This document shows, one piece after another, positions 13,011-23,500 of a stretch of 64,000 nt of DNA (the first letter of the stretch is position 1; each line of letters begins with the position of its first letter). Source of the DNA: Mobula hypostoma (taxonomy: Eukaryota); contig NC_086097.1 in the NCBI RefSeq assembly GCF_963921235.1, positions 3,348,001 to 3,412,000 on the forward strand. The letters run 5' to 3'. Made by a program: the position numbers and the translations under genes. The notes under the pieces are model-generated. The model did no database searches and was not told the DNA's origin. It worked only from the letters and a program-made list of their open reading frames with translations.

Positions 13011-14317
13011 GGTTAAAGAAATTTTCTCAGTGTGTTTGAAAATTGGTGCACTATTAAAATTAAAGTTCAGAATCAGTTGAAATAAAGAGCAATAGACCTG
13101 TAGGCACAGCAGGAGGATATTTACCACTTCATACCAGTATTGCTTCTCAGACTGATCCACTAACTCCCATTTCCAAAACCTTCAAAAGGCAAAGGCCTAG
13201 AAAATTTCAGTTCTCTAATACCCTTTCCTACATCTGGGAGTGGATTAAGTTTCAACATTCAGGATTGCTTAATGTCATTTCCAGCACACAAGTGTAAAGG
13301 AAAACAAAATATTTGTTACTCTAGTTCCAAAGCAGCACAGAAAAAACACAATAAGATACAGAACACAATAATAAAAAATCACAATAAATAAGATAGCTTA
13401 TATATAAAAATATAGATTGATTATACATCCATAAAATGATGCCAGGCACAGGAGTCTGTACATAAAGTGACTCTGACAGGAAATAATAAAGACTTGGTGG
13501 TGGGGGCTTGGAGGGGTGGGTTAGTGAGTTAACGTGTTGATCAGCCTTACTGCTTGGGGAAGGTAATTGTTTTTAAGGCCATAAGACTATAAGATATGGG
13601 AGCAGAATTAGGCCACTTGGCCCATCGAGCCTGCTCCACCATTCAATCATGGGCTGATCCACTTCATCCAGTCATCCCCACACCCCTGACTTCTCCACAT
13701 ACTCTTTGATGCCCTGGTTAATCAAGAGTCAATCTATCTCTGCCTTATATACACCCAATGCCTTGGCCTCCACAGCCGCTCATGGTAACAAATTCCACAG
13801 ATTTACCACACTCTGACAAAAGTAATTTCACCGCGTCTCAGTTCTAGAAGGACATCCTTCAATCCTGAAGTTGTGCCCTCTTGTCCTAGTATCCCCTACC
13901 ATGGGAAATAACTTTGCTGTATCTAATCTGTTCAGGCGTTTTAACATTCAGAGATTCCCCCCTCATTCTCCTGAACTCCACGAATGCAGCCCAAGAGTTG
14001 CCAGATGTTCCTCATACAGTAACCCTTTTTTCCTGGAATCATTCTTGTGAAACTTCTCTGAACCCTCTCCAACGTCAGTATATCCTTTCTAAAATAAGGA
14101 GCCCAAACTGCACACAATACTCTGTGTGGTCTCACGAGTGCCTTATAGAGCCTCAACATCACATTCCTGCTCCTATACTCTATTCCTCTAGAAATGAATG
14201 CAACATTCCATGTGCCTTCTTCACCACCGACTCAATCTGGAGGTTAACCTTTAGGGTATCTTGCACAAGGATTCCTAAGTCCCTTTGGCTCTCTGCATTT
14301 TGAATTCTCTCCCCATC

Positions 14318-14515
14318 TGTTGTGTGTGTGGCCTGGTTACACAACAATGCTATTAATAAAAACGCTGGAAATGGGAGCTAAGGTTCATGGTTCTTTACTG
14401 GCAGAAACCGAACTCGGCACACACGTACAAATCAATACGTGCCTAATAGTGCATTCAATGATGTGTTACTAGAACATAAAGTAGTCCCTTATTAAACTGT
14501 AGGCTATACGGTACA
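14318..14515 (-). repeat. 3' LTR
   Basis: Direct repeat of 18066-18260; reads TGTACCG...CAACA on the minus strand. Confidence 0.95.
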
Positions 14516-14528
14516 CTCCTCCCCTTTT
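14516..14528 (-). promoter_or_regulatory. Polypurine tract
   Basis: AAAAGGGGAGGAG on the minus strand directly before the 3' LTR. Confidence 0.9.
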
Positions 14529-15089
14529 ATTTTAATAGTGTATCAATTGTTTTTTTTTTACTGGGGCACTATGCTAAACAAATATGTTTACCCTTAATGT
14601 ACAAACGTCTACCATTTGTTTACTTAGTAACTTAATAATATCAAATTATAACAAAGTAACATAATAATATCAAATTATAACAAGCCTTTTTTTCACTTTT
14701 GGTCTAAGACCCATTTATAACTCAAGTCTCTGGGGGGGGTGGGTCTTCTCTAGATTGTCTGGCATGAAGCAAATAGGTCTTCACTCTGTTGTCTGGAATA
14801 AATTAAACAATCCACAAATTGGCAGGTTTCAGCCATAAAGAGAAGTCACCTCCATCTTACAAAGATGACGAAAGCAAAGTGAAATCCATGAAAAGGTGAA
14901 TGTTATTCTTAAAAATATGTACAATCATCAAAACTGAGATGGCATTGGAAAGTGTCTTCAAATAGTGTGTTCTTCAGTCTGTCAATAAACTTGTTTGTTT
15001 TAATACAGATTTCCATATAAAAGTCATGAACAGTTGACCTCTGAGCATAGGGAGTTAAGAAGATGTGCGCCTCCAACTTGCTAAGAGTT

Positions 15090-16031
15090 CTATGCAGCAG
15101 ATCGCCTCCGTATAATGAAGACTCCTCTGTGCAGCTGTCCTAGATATACACGCATCTTTGTGCTATCACTTATCTTCCTTACCCATATCTCATTTGTTCC
15201 AACTGAGCTAATTGCACAGCCAATCTTCGTATTCTCATTAGATTCCAAATAGATAGCCTGACCTTTATGATACCACCTCTTATCATAATATAACTTTCCA
15301 TCTTCTATTCGTGCTTCATATCTTTGTGCTGGTGATTCAGCAGGAGTGCTGGGAAGATGTTCAGGAGAAGACAGAGGTGCTGGTCTTTTCGGAGATTTAA
15401 GCTTATTGAGAGTTCACAGATCTTCGATTATCTGTTCATCTGTGAACAAGTAATTTAACTGCGCAGGTGCAGGTTTTTGTCTTTTGTCTGTAATTGGAAC
15501 AGGGTCATTAGGTCTCCTCCTTAGTTTCTTAGTCATTATTGGCTTTACCTCCATAGGATCTCCTGTGAATTCCATTGTTAGCCTCTCATTCTCAATCATC
15601 TGTTTGTTTTCTTCTAACTCAATCTTTTTATCTTCCTTTTAAATTCCATCACTGCTGCTTTCTTCTCTTTAATATAATTCCTTTCCACTTGTTCTGTCTC
15701 CAGTTGCAGAAAAAAACTCTGCATTTTGTATTCTTTCCTTGTATTGTTGATCTGGTTTCTTCATCCTTTTCTGATACTCCTGCAAAGTGCCTTCCTGTAT
15801 CTGCTGTAGCTGTATTTTGAGAGATGTCAATTTCTCCTGGTACATCTGCTCTTTTACTTCCAGGTAGTCTTCATCATCCTGCTTATTGGCAATATCTGTC
15901 TCCCTTGCATCCTCTGTATCTTCATCCGAGTCGCAGCCACGGATACTGCGTTCATCCTCATCGTTGACGCTGTCTAGCTCCTCCTCATCATTGTAATAGT
16001 CGACAGTGGGTGAGAGAAGAGCTGTGGACAT
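15090..16031 (-). pseudogene. SUDS3: Processed (intronless) retrocopy of SUDS3, Sin3/HDAC corepressor component SDS3; frameshifted, with a premature stop
   Basis: [21 protein letters not shown]...DEDTEDA...[77 protein letters not shown]...RRRSAA* are collinear with vertebrate SUDS3 as I recall it, from start to stop. Confidence 0.95.
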
Positions 16032-17233
16032 CTTCCCCGCTGAGCTGCCCTCCTTTGTTAACACATCTAGTGCCTTGATGGTGTGCCAATCCAACTGGAT
16101 TTTCCTGAGCCATTCACGTCCCAGCAACGGTGGTCCTCTGTTTTTCAGTACGTAGAGGTTCAGCTGCTGTGTTTTGTCTCCGTAGGTCACTGTCACTTTA
16201 ATTTTACCTTTGGGATGCACTTTCTGTCCTGTGTAAGTCTTTAGCAGTAGTTTAGTTCGTTTCAGAGGTATGTGAGAAAACAGTTGTTTGTAGTCATGTA
16301 CAGAGATCACTGTTAAAGCTGAGCCTGTATCCAACTCCATTTTAAGTCTCACACCTGCCACTTATGGAGTGATCCTTATTACCCTTCGATCATCTGTCTC
16401 TTTCACGCTGTGAAGTTGCAGACAAGACAATTTACTTTCATCTGAGTCGTTTTCATCAGAACTGCTTTCTCCCATTTTGTGTACATTGTTGTGTTTTCCT
16501 TTCTGGGGTTTCTTGTTTCTCTGTATTTTGTCCTTTTTCTGCTGTTTACTAGCTTTGCATACTCTGCCAGTGTGGCCCTGTTTGCCACAGTTTCTGCATT
16601 CTTTGTCTTTAAACCAACAGTCACCAGGGTGATGTGACCTGTTCTCACAACAGTAACATTTCTTCCCTTCATTTCTGTTCAGTGACATTTTATACATAGC
16701 ATATTCCAGAGATTCTTGTTGTATCTCCGAAGCACCTTGTGCCACTGTTTCTAATGATATTGCAATGTTCAGTGCTTTCTCGAATGTAAGGTCTCGTTCA
16801 CACAGAAGCTTCTTCTGTGTGGCTTCACAGTGCATGTCACACACTAACCTGTCCCTCAATGTGTCCGATAGACCAGCTCCAAATTGACAATGTTCTGATC
16901 ATTTGTGCAATTCAGCACAATATTCAGAAATGCTTTCGTTTTTGTTCTGATTCCGTTTGTGAAATTTAAATCTTTCAGCTATTCAGTGGTTTGGGGTTTA
17001 AATACTGTTGGAGAGAGTCTACTATTTGCTTGGACATTTTGTCAGTGGTTTTCAGTGGTTAACAAGCTCCGTAGTAGCCGGTATGTTTTTGCTTGCATAA
17101 TACTGAGTAAGACGCTGGCTTTCTTTTCATCATTAACACCGTTAGCCTCACAATATAATTCCACTTTTTCAATGTAAGTTACCCAGTTTTCAATGCTACT
17201 ATCAAATGCTGTAATGGTTCCAAATATCGCCAT
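16032..17233 (-). pseudogene. Gypsy gag and aspartic protease, disrupted
   Basis: MAIFGTITAFD...NW..YIEK; RDRLVC; CCHC knuckles CYCCENRSHHPGDC and [22 protein letters not shown]...LLGREWL; in-frame stop at 16362-16364 and indels near 17040. Confidence 0.92.
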
Positions 17234-17422
17234 CCTTGTTATGTTAATTTAGCCCCGTTTTTCCCCGTTTTCTTTTCAGCTAGCTCCTTGCAGTCACAGC
17301 ATGTTCCACTTGACTCACGTGTCATTTTTGCTAGCGCAATGAGCGCACTCCGTCTAGATGCGTGTGTTGCTCCTTTTCATCTCCCTTCTCTCTCTTCTCC
17401 TCTGAGTGACATTATTAACTAA

Positions 17423-18006
17423 CACAAAATAATCTGCAGATGCTGGGGTCAAAGCAACACTCACAACACGCTGGAGGAACTCAGCAGGTCGGGCAGCATC
17501 AGTGGAAATGATCAGTCAATGTTAACTCAGGTTGGATCTACTGCCATGATGAGGCTAAACTCAGGTTGGAGGAGCAACACCTCATATACTGTCTGGGTAG
17601 TCTCCAGCCCCTTGGTACGAACATAGAATTCTCCAACTTCCAGTAATTCCCTCCCCCTCCCTTCCCCTATCCCTATGTCACTCTGCCCCCTCCCCCAGCT
17701 GCCTATCACCTCTCTCATGGTTCCGCCTCCTTCTACTACCCATTGTGTTTTCCCCTATTCCTTCTTCACCTTTCCTGCCTATCACCTCCCTGCCTCCCCT
17801 CCCCCACCCCTTGATCTTTCCCCTTACTGGTTTTTCACCTGGAACCTACCAGCCTTCTCCTTCCCACCCTCCCCCCACCTTCCTTATAGGGCCTCTGCCC
17901 CTTCCCTCTACAGTCCTGACGATGGGTTCCGGCCCGAAACGTTGACTGTTCATTTCCATGGATGCTGCCCGACCTGCTGAGTTCCTCCAGCGTGTTGTAA
18001 GTGTCG
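17423..18006 (+). mobile_element. Truncated Penelope-like insertion with inverted termini in the Gypsy leader
   Basis: Inverted arms about 17463-17523 and 17939-17998; TSD TTATTAACTAA at 17412-17422 and 18007-18017. Confidence 0.88.
17910..17949 (+). ncRNA. Minimal type I hammerhead ribozyme motif (Penelope pLTR)
   Basis: ACAGTC-CTGACGA-T-GGGT-TCCG-GCCC-GAAAC-GTT-GACTGT: 6-bp stem I, conserved core, 4-bp stem II, palindromic loop-less stem III, NUH site. Confidence 0.8.
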
Positions 18007-18050
18007 TTATTAACTAAAACACGGCATTCCGATAAGATGTAGGTTCATAA

Positions 18051-18062
18051 TTCTCGACGCCA
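18051..18062 (-). promoter_or_regulatory. Primer-binding site
   Basis: TGGCGTCGAGAA on the minus strand, 3 nt downstream of the 5' LTR. Confidence 0.8.
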
Positions 18063-18065
18063 ATT

Positions 18066-18260
18066 TATTGTGAATGTGGCCTGGTTACACAATGCTATAA
18101 ATAAAACTGTTGGAGCCAGGAGCTAAGGTTCATTGTTCTTTACTGGCAGAAACTGAACTCGGCACACACGTACAGATCAATACGCGCCTAATAGCACATT
18201 CAATGACGTGTTACTAAAACATAAAGTAATCCCTTATTATACTGTAGGCAAAACGGTACA
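18066..18260 (-). repeat. 5' LTR
   Basis: Direct repeat of 14318-14515. Confidence 0.95.
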
Positions 18261-19232
18261 CCATCTAAATAATAGTCTGCCCATTTATTTCTTCCACCAA
18301 AGTGCATGACCATACACTTTCCAACATTGTATTTCATTTGCCACTTCGTTGCCCATTTCCCCTAAACTATCTAAGTCTCTCTGCAGGCTCTCTGTTTCCT
18401 GAACACAGCCTGCTCCTCCACCTGTCTTTGTATCATCGGCAAATTTAGCCACAAATCCATTAATACTGTAGTCCAAATCATTGACATACATCGTAAAAAG
18501 CAGTGGTCCCAACTCTGACCCCTGTGGAACTCCACTGGTAACTGGCAGCCAACCAGAATATGATTCCTTTATTCCCACTCTCTGTTTTCTGCTGACCAGA
18601 CAATGCTCCACCCATGCTAGTAACTTCCCTGAAATTCCATGGGCTCTTATCTTGCTAAGCAGCTTCATGTGTGGCACCTTGTCAAAGGCCTTCTGAAAAT
18701 CCAAGTACACCACATCCACTGCATCTCCTTTGTCTACCCTGCTTGTAATTTCCTCAAAAAATTGCAGTAGATTAGCCAAGCAGGATTTTCCTTTCAGGAA
18801 ACCATGCTGGCTTTGTCCTATCTTGTCATATGCCTCCAGGTACTCTGTAATCTCATCCATAACAATCTATTCCAACAATTTCTCAACCACTGATGTCAGG
18901 CTAACAGGTTTATAGTTTCATTTCTGCAGCCTGCCACCCTTCTTAAATAGTGGGGTAACATTTGCAATTTTCCAGTCATCCGGTACAATGCCAGAATCCA
19001 TCGATTCTTGAAAGATCATCATTAATGCCTTCGCAATCTCTGCAGCTACTTCCTTCAAAACCCAAGGGTGCATTCCATCAGGTCCAGGAGATTTATCCAC
19101 CCTCAGACCATTAAGCTTCCTGAGCACCTTCTCAGTCGTAATTTTCACTGCACAAATTTCACTTCCCTGACACTCTTGAATATCTGGTATACTGCAGATG
19201 TCTTCCACTGTGAAGACTGATGCAAAATAATC

Positions 19233-20500
19233 CTGCACAAGGACTCCCGAGCCTCCTTTCACCTTAGATTTTTGAATTTTCTCTCCATTTAGCAAATAAT
19301 CAACCCTTTCATTTCTTCTACCAAAGTGCATGACCATACACCTCCCAACACTACATTCCATCTGCCACTTATTTACTCATTCCTTTAATCTATCCAAGTC
19401 CTCTACACTTCCTCAAAACTACCTGTCCCTCTACATATCTTTACATTATCTGCAAACATGGCCACAAAGCTATTATTTCTGCCATCCAAGTCATTGACAT
19501 ATAATGTAAAGAAAGCGGTTGCGACACAGACCCCTGTGGAACACCACTAGTCACCGGCCAGCAGCCAACCAGAAAAGGCTCCCTTTATTCCCAGTCTTTG
19601 CCTCCTGCCGATCAGGCACTGCTTTATTCATGCTAGAATCTTTCCTGTAATACCATGAGCTCGTAGCTTGTTAAGCAGCCTCATGTGTGGCACCTTGTCA
19701 AAGGCCTTCTGAAAATCCAAGCACACAACATCAACTGATTCTCTTTTGTCTATCCTGCTTGTTATTTCTTCAGAGAATTCCAACAGAATTGTCAGGCAAG
19801 ATTTTCCCTTGAGGAAACTAAGCTGAATATGGCCTATTTTATCATGTATCTCCAAGTACCATGAAACCACACCCTCAAATCCAATATCTTCCCAACCACT
19901 GAGGTCAGACTAACTGGCCTGTAATTTCCTTTCTTCTGCCTCTCTCTCTTCTTGAAGAGTGGAGTTATATTTGCAATTTTCCATTCCACTGGAACCATGC
20001 CAGAATCAATTGATTCTTCAAAGATCATTACTGTTGACTCCACAATCACTTCAGCCACCTCTTCCAGAACCCTCGGGCGTACTCCATCTGGTTCAGCTGA
20101 CTTATCTGCTGTCAGACCTTCCAGTTTCCCAAGAACTGTTTTCTCTAGTAATGGCAACTTCACACACCTCTGCCCTTGACACACTCAAACTTTCTGCACA
20201 CTACTACTGACTTCCACAGTGAAGACTGAGGCAAATACTTATTCAGTTCATCTGTCATTTCCTTGTCCCCCATTACTACGTCCCTAGTATCATTTTCCAA
20301 TGGTCCTATATCCACCCTTGCCTCTCTTTTACACTTTATATATCTGAAGAAACTCTTGTTATCCTCTTTAATATTATTGGCCAGATTACTTTCATTTTCT
20401 AACTTTTCATTAGTGACTTTAAAAGCTTTCCAATCCTCTACCTTCCCAGTAACGTTTGCTCTACAATATGCTCTCTCTTTGGTTTTAATGTTGGCTTTTG
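19233..20500 (-). mobile_element. Degenerate CR1 ORF2 fragment
   Basis: GNYRPVSLTSVVGK, LDFQKAFDKVPH. Confidence 0.85.
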
Positions 20501-20524
20501 AATCTTGTGGTCCTGTCATGGATG

Positions 20525-23500
20525 CTACATAGCTTTCTCCCCGATCAATCTCCCATGATTGATGAAGGCCAATATACCATATGCCTTCTTAACCACAGAG
20601 TCAACCTCTGCAGCAGCTCTGAGCGTCCTATGGATTCGGACCCCAAGATTCCTCTGATCCTGCACACTGCCAAGAGTCTTACCATTAATACTATGTTCTG
20701 CCATCATATTTGACCCACCAAAATGAGCCACTTCACACTTACCTGGGTTGAACTCCATCTGCCACTTATCAGCCCAGTTTTGTATCCTATCAATGTCCTG
20801 CTGCAACCTCTGACAGCCCCCCATACTATTCACAACACCCCCAACCTTTGTGTCATCAGCAAACTTACTAACACATCCCTCCACTTCCTCATCCAGGTCA
20901 TTTATAAAAATGATGAAGAGTAAGGGTCCCAGAACAGATCCCTGAGGCACTCCGCTAGTGACCAACCTCCATGCAGAATATGACCCATCTACAACTACTC
21001 TTTGCCTTCTGTGGGCAAGCCAGTTCTGGATCCACAAAGCAATGTCCCCTTGGATCCCATGCCTCCTTACTTTCTCAATAAGCCTTGCATGGGGTTCCTT
21101 ATTAAATGCCTTGCTGAAATCCATATACACTACATCTACTGCTCTTCCTTCATCAATGTGTTCAGTCACATCCTCAAAAAATTCAATCAGGCTCGTAAGG
21201 CATGACCTGCACTTGAGAAAGCCATGCTGACTAATCCTAATCATATTATACCTCTCCAAATGTTCATAAATCCTGCCTCTCAGGATCTTCTCCATCAACT
21301 TCACAACCACTGAAATAAGACTCACTGATCTATAATTTCCTGGGCTTTCTCTACTCCCTTTCTTTTCAATCTTTTTTTTATTGATTTAAAAGAATAAGGA
21401 TAAATACAAACCAGAGGGGAGGTTATCTCAAATACATATATCAATATTAGTACAAAGAAAGGAATATACACTGTCAAAATCATATATAGTATTAAGCTAA
21501 TATAAAGAGTCAAGAGAACCACTTCTCCTCTCAACAGTTCATAGAAAAAAAAGACTCAAGATTTCCTGTTATTGAGAAAAAAACCCCACTAAACTAATCT
21601 AAAACAAATAAAAGGGGAACTGGGCTAGTTTTTGAGGATACAGTTAAAAAAAAAGGGAAAATCGTTCTGATTAAATCTAAAACTTCGTGGAGAAAAAGAA
21701 ATTAACTGGAAAAGTAAAAAGAATTAGATCATATGAAAATATTGAACAAAAGGTCACCGTTTGCTCAAATTTAAAAGATGTATCAAACATCTGACTCCTT
21801 ATTTTAGACCATAAGACCATAAGACAAAGGAGCAGAAGTAGGCCATTTGGCTCATCGAGTCTGCTCCGCCATTTTCTCCAAATTTAAACAAGACATGATG
21901 GAGGAGAGCCAAAAAAATACAGTAGGTGGATTGGGATCCTTCCATTACAATAGAATAGCTCTCCTAGCCAATACAGTTGAGAAAGCTATCATGCGTTGAG
22001 CATTGAGGAACGTTTCCTGCTTCCATTGGAATAATCCCAAAGATCGCCGTAAATGAATTAGGTTGTAGGTCCAAACCTATGACTTCTGAAAACGTCCTAA
22101 AAACATCTCTCCAAAAATTATTTAACTTTATACAGGACCAAAACATATGATTTAAGGAGGCCACCTCAGTGTTGCATCTATCACAAGTAGGATTTATATT
22201 TTTAAAAAATGCGCTAGTTTATCTTTTGGCATATGCACCTTGTGCACTACCTTGAACTGAATCAAGGAGTGATGGGCATAAATAGATGAATTATTAACTA
22301 AATGAACAATTTTATTCCATTGGTTATCTGAAAGTGACTCTTGAAGTTCCAGTTCCCAAGCATGTTTAACCTTATCATTAGACATCATTCGTAAATTCAA
22401 TAGCTGTTTATATATGATGGCTATCAATCCTTTTTGGAATAGTTTAAGCTGAAAGGTAACATCTATCATATTTGGTGAATGAGCAAACGGGTAATTCGGT
22501 AACAAACTGCGCAAAAAATTCCTAACTTGTAAATACCTAAAAAATTGTGCATTAGATAAATCATATTTGTCCACTAGCTGAGAAAAAGACATTAAACAAT
22601 CCTCTAAAAACAAATCTAGACAAGTTATTATACCCTTAGTTTTACATGTTAAAAAGGCCTTATCTAAAATTGATGGTTTAAAAAAATAATTAAAATGGAT
22701 ATTACTAGAAAGAATAAAGTTATTTAAGTCAAAAGATCTGAGAAACTGAAACCAAATTTTTAATGTATGTCTAACAATGGGACTAAGATCTTGTCTACCA
22801 ATCTTAGAAAACAAAAAGGGAAGAGGAACTCCCAGCAAAGAAGCCAAAGAGAACCTCTTTACTGAGTTCTCCTCCAAGTCCAACTGTGAAGGGCAGTTCT
22901 GCACATCTATACAGTGAATCTAAAAAGTAATATAATGACTATTAATTGCCCAGTAATAGAATCTAAAGTTTGGAAAAGCCAAGCCACCATCTTTTTTTAA
23001 CTTTTGCAGTAAAGGTTTACTCAATCTAGAGCTTTCATTATTCCAGATGTATGATAAGATTATAGAATCCATTCTATCAAAAATAGTTTTCGGGACAAAG
23101 GATGGAACAGCTTGAAACATGTATAAAAATTTTGGTATAATTCTCATTTTTATAGCATTTATTTGACCAATTAACGACATCGTCATAGGCGACCATTTGG
23201 AAAGCGTTTGTTGTGTATATTCAATTAAAGGAAGAAAATTATATTTATATGTCTTTAAAATTTTTAGGACCAAGATAGATACAATAAATTTTAGCAATAT
23301 TAAAAGGTATTTGATCATATTGATCTGAATAATTATTAATAGGAAATAATTCACTTTTATGTAAATTTAACTTATATCCAGAGAAAGTACTGAATTCAGT
23401 AAATATGGATAACATAGAAGGAATAGATTTCCTAGGGTCTGAAATGTAAACTAATAAATCATCTGCATACAACGAAACCTTATGTACTTTATCCCCTCTC

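Larger units (their letters stand above)
14318..18260 (-). mobile_element. Non-autonomous Gypsy LTR retrotransposon carrying a captured SUDS3 cDNA in place of RT-RH-IN
   Basis: Two ~196-bp LTRs, TG...CA outer ends, 5-bp TSD CCATC (14313-14317, 18261-18265), PBS, PPT, gag zinc knuckles, protease DTGS. Confidence 0.95.
13578..19232 (-). mobile_element. CR1 LINE (RT region to 3' tail) interrupted by the Gypsy element
   Basis: RT motifs in ORFs 18285-18860 and 13941-14162; joining 14317 to 18266 restores TTCTCTCCCCATCTAAATAATAGTCTGCCC, matching the sister copy at about 40844-40873. Confidence 0.92.

Noticed and set aside
15090..16031. Functional host SUDS3 gene
   Set aside because: It is intronless, lies inside an LTR element, and carries frameshifts, a deletion and a premature stop.
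18918..19361. ORF with CR1 motifs in scrambled order
   Set aside because: It spans the junction of two adjacent CR1 fragments near 19232.
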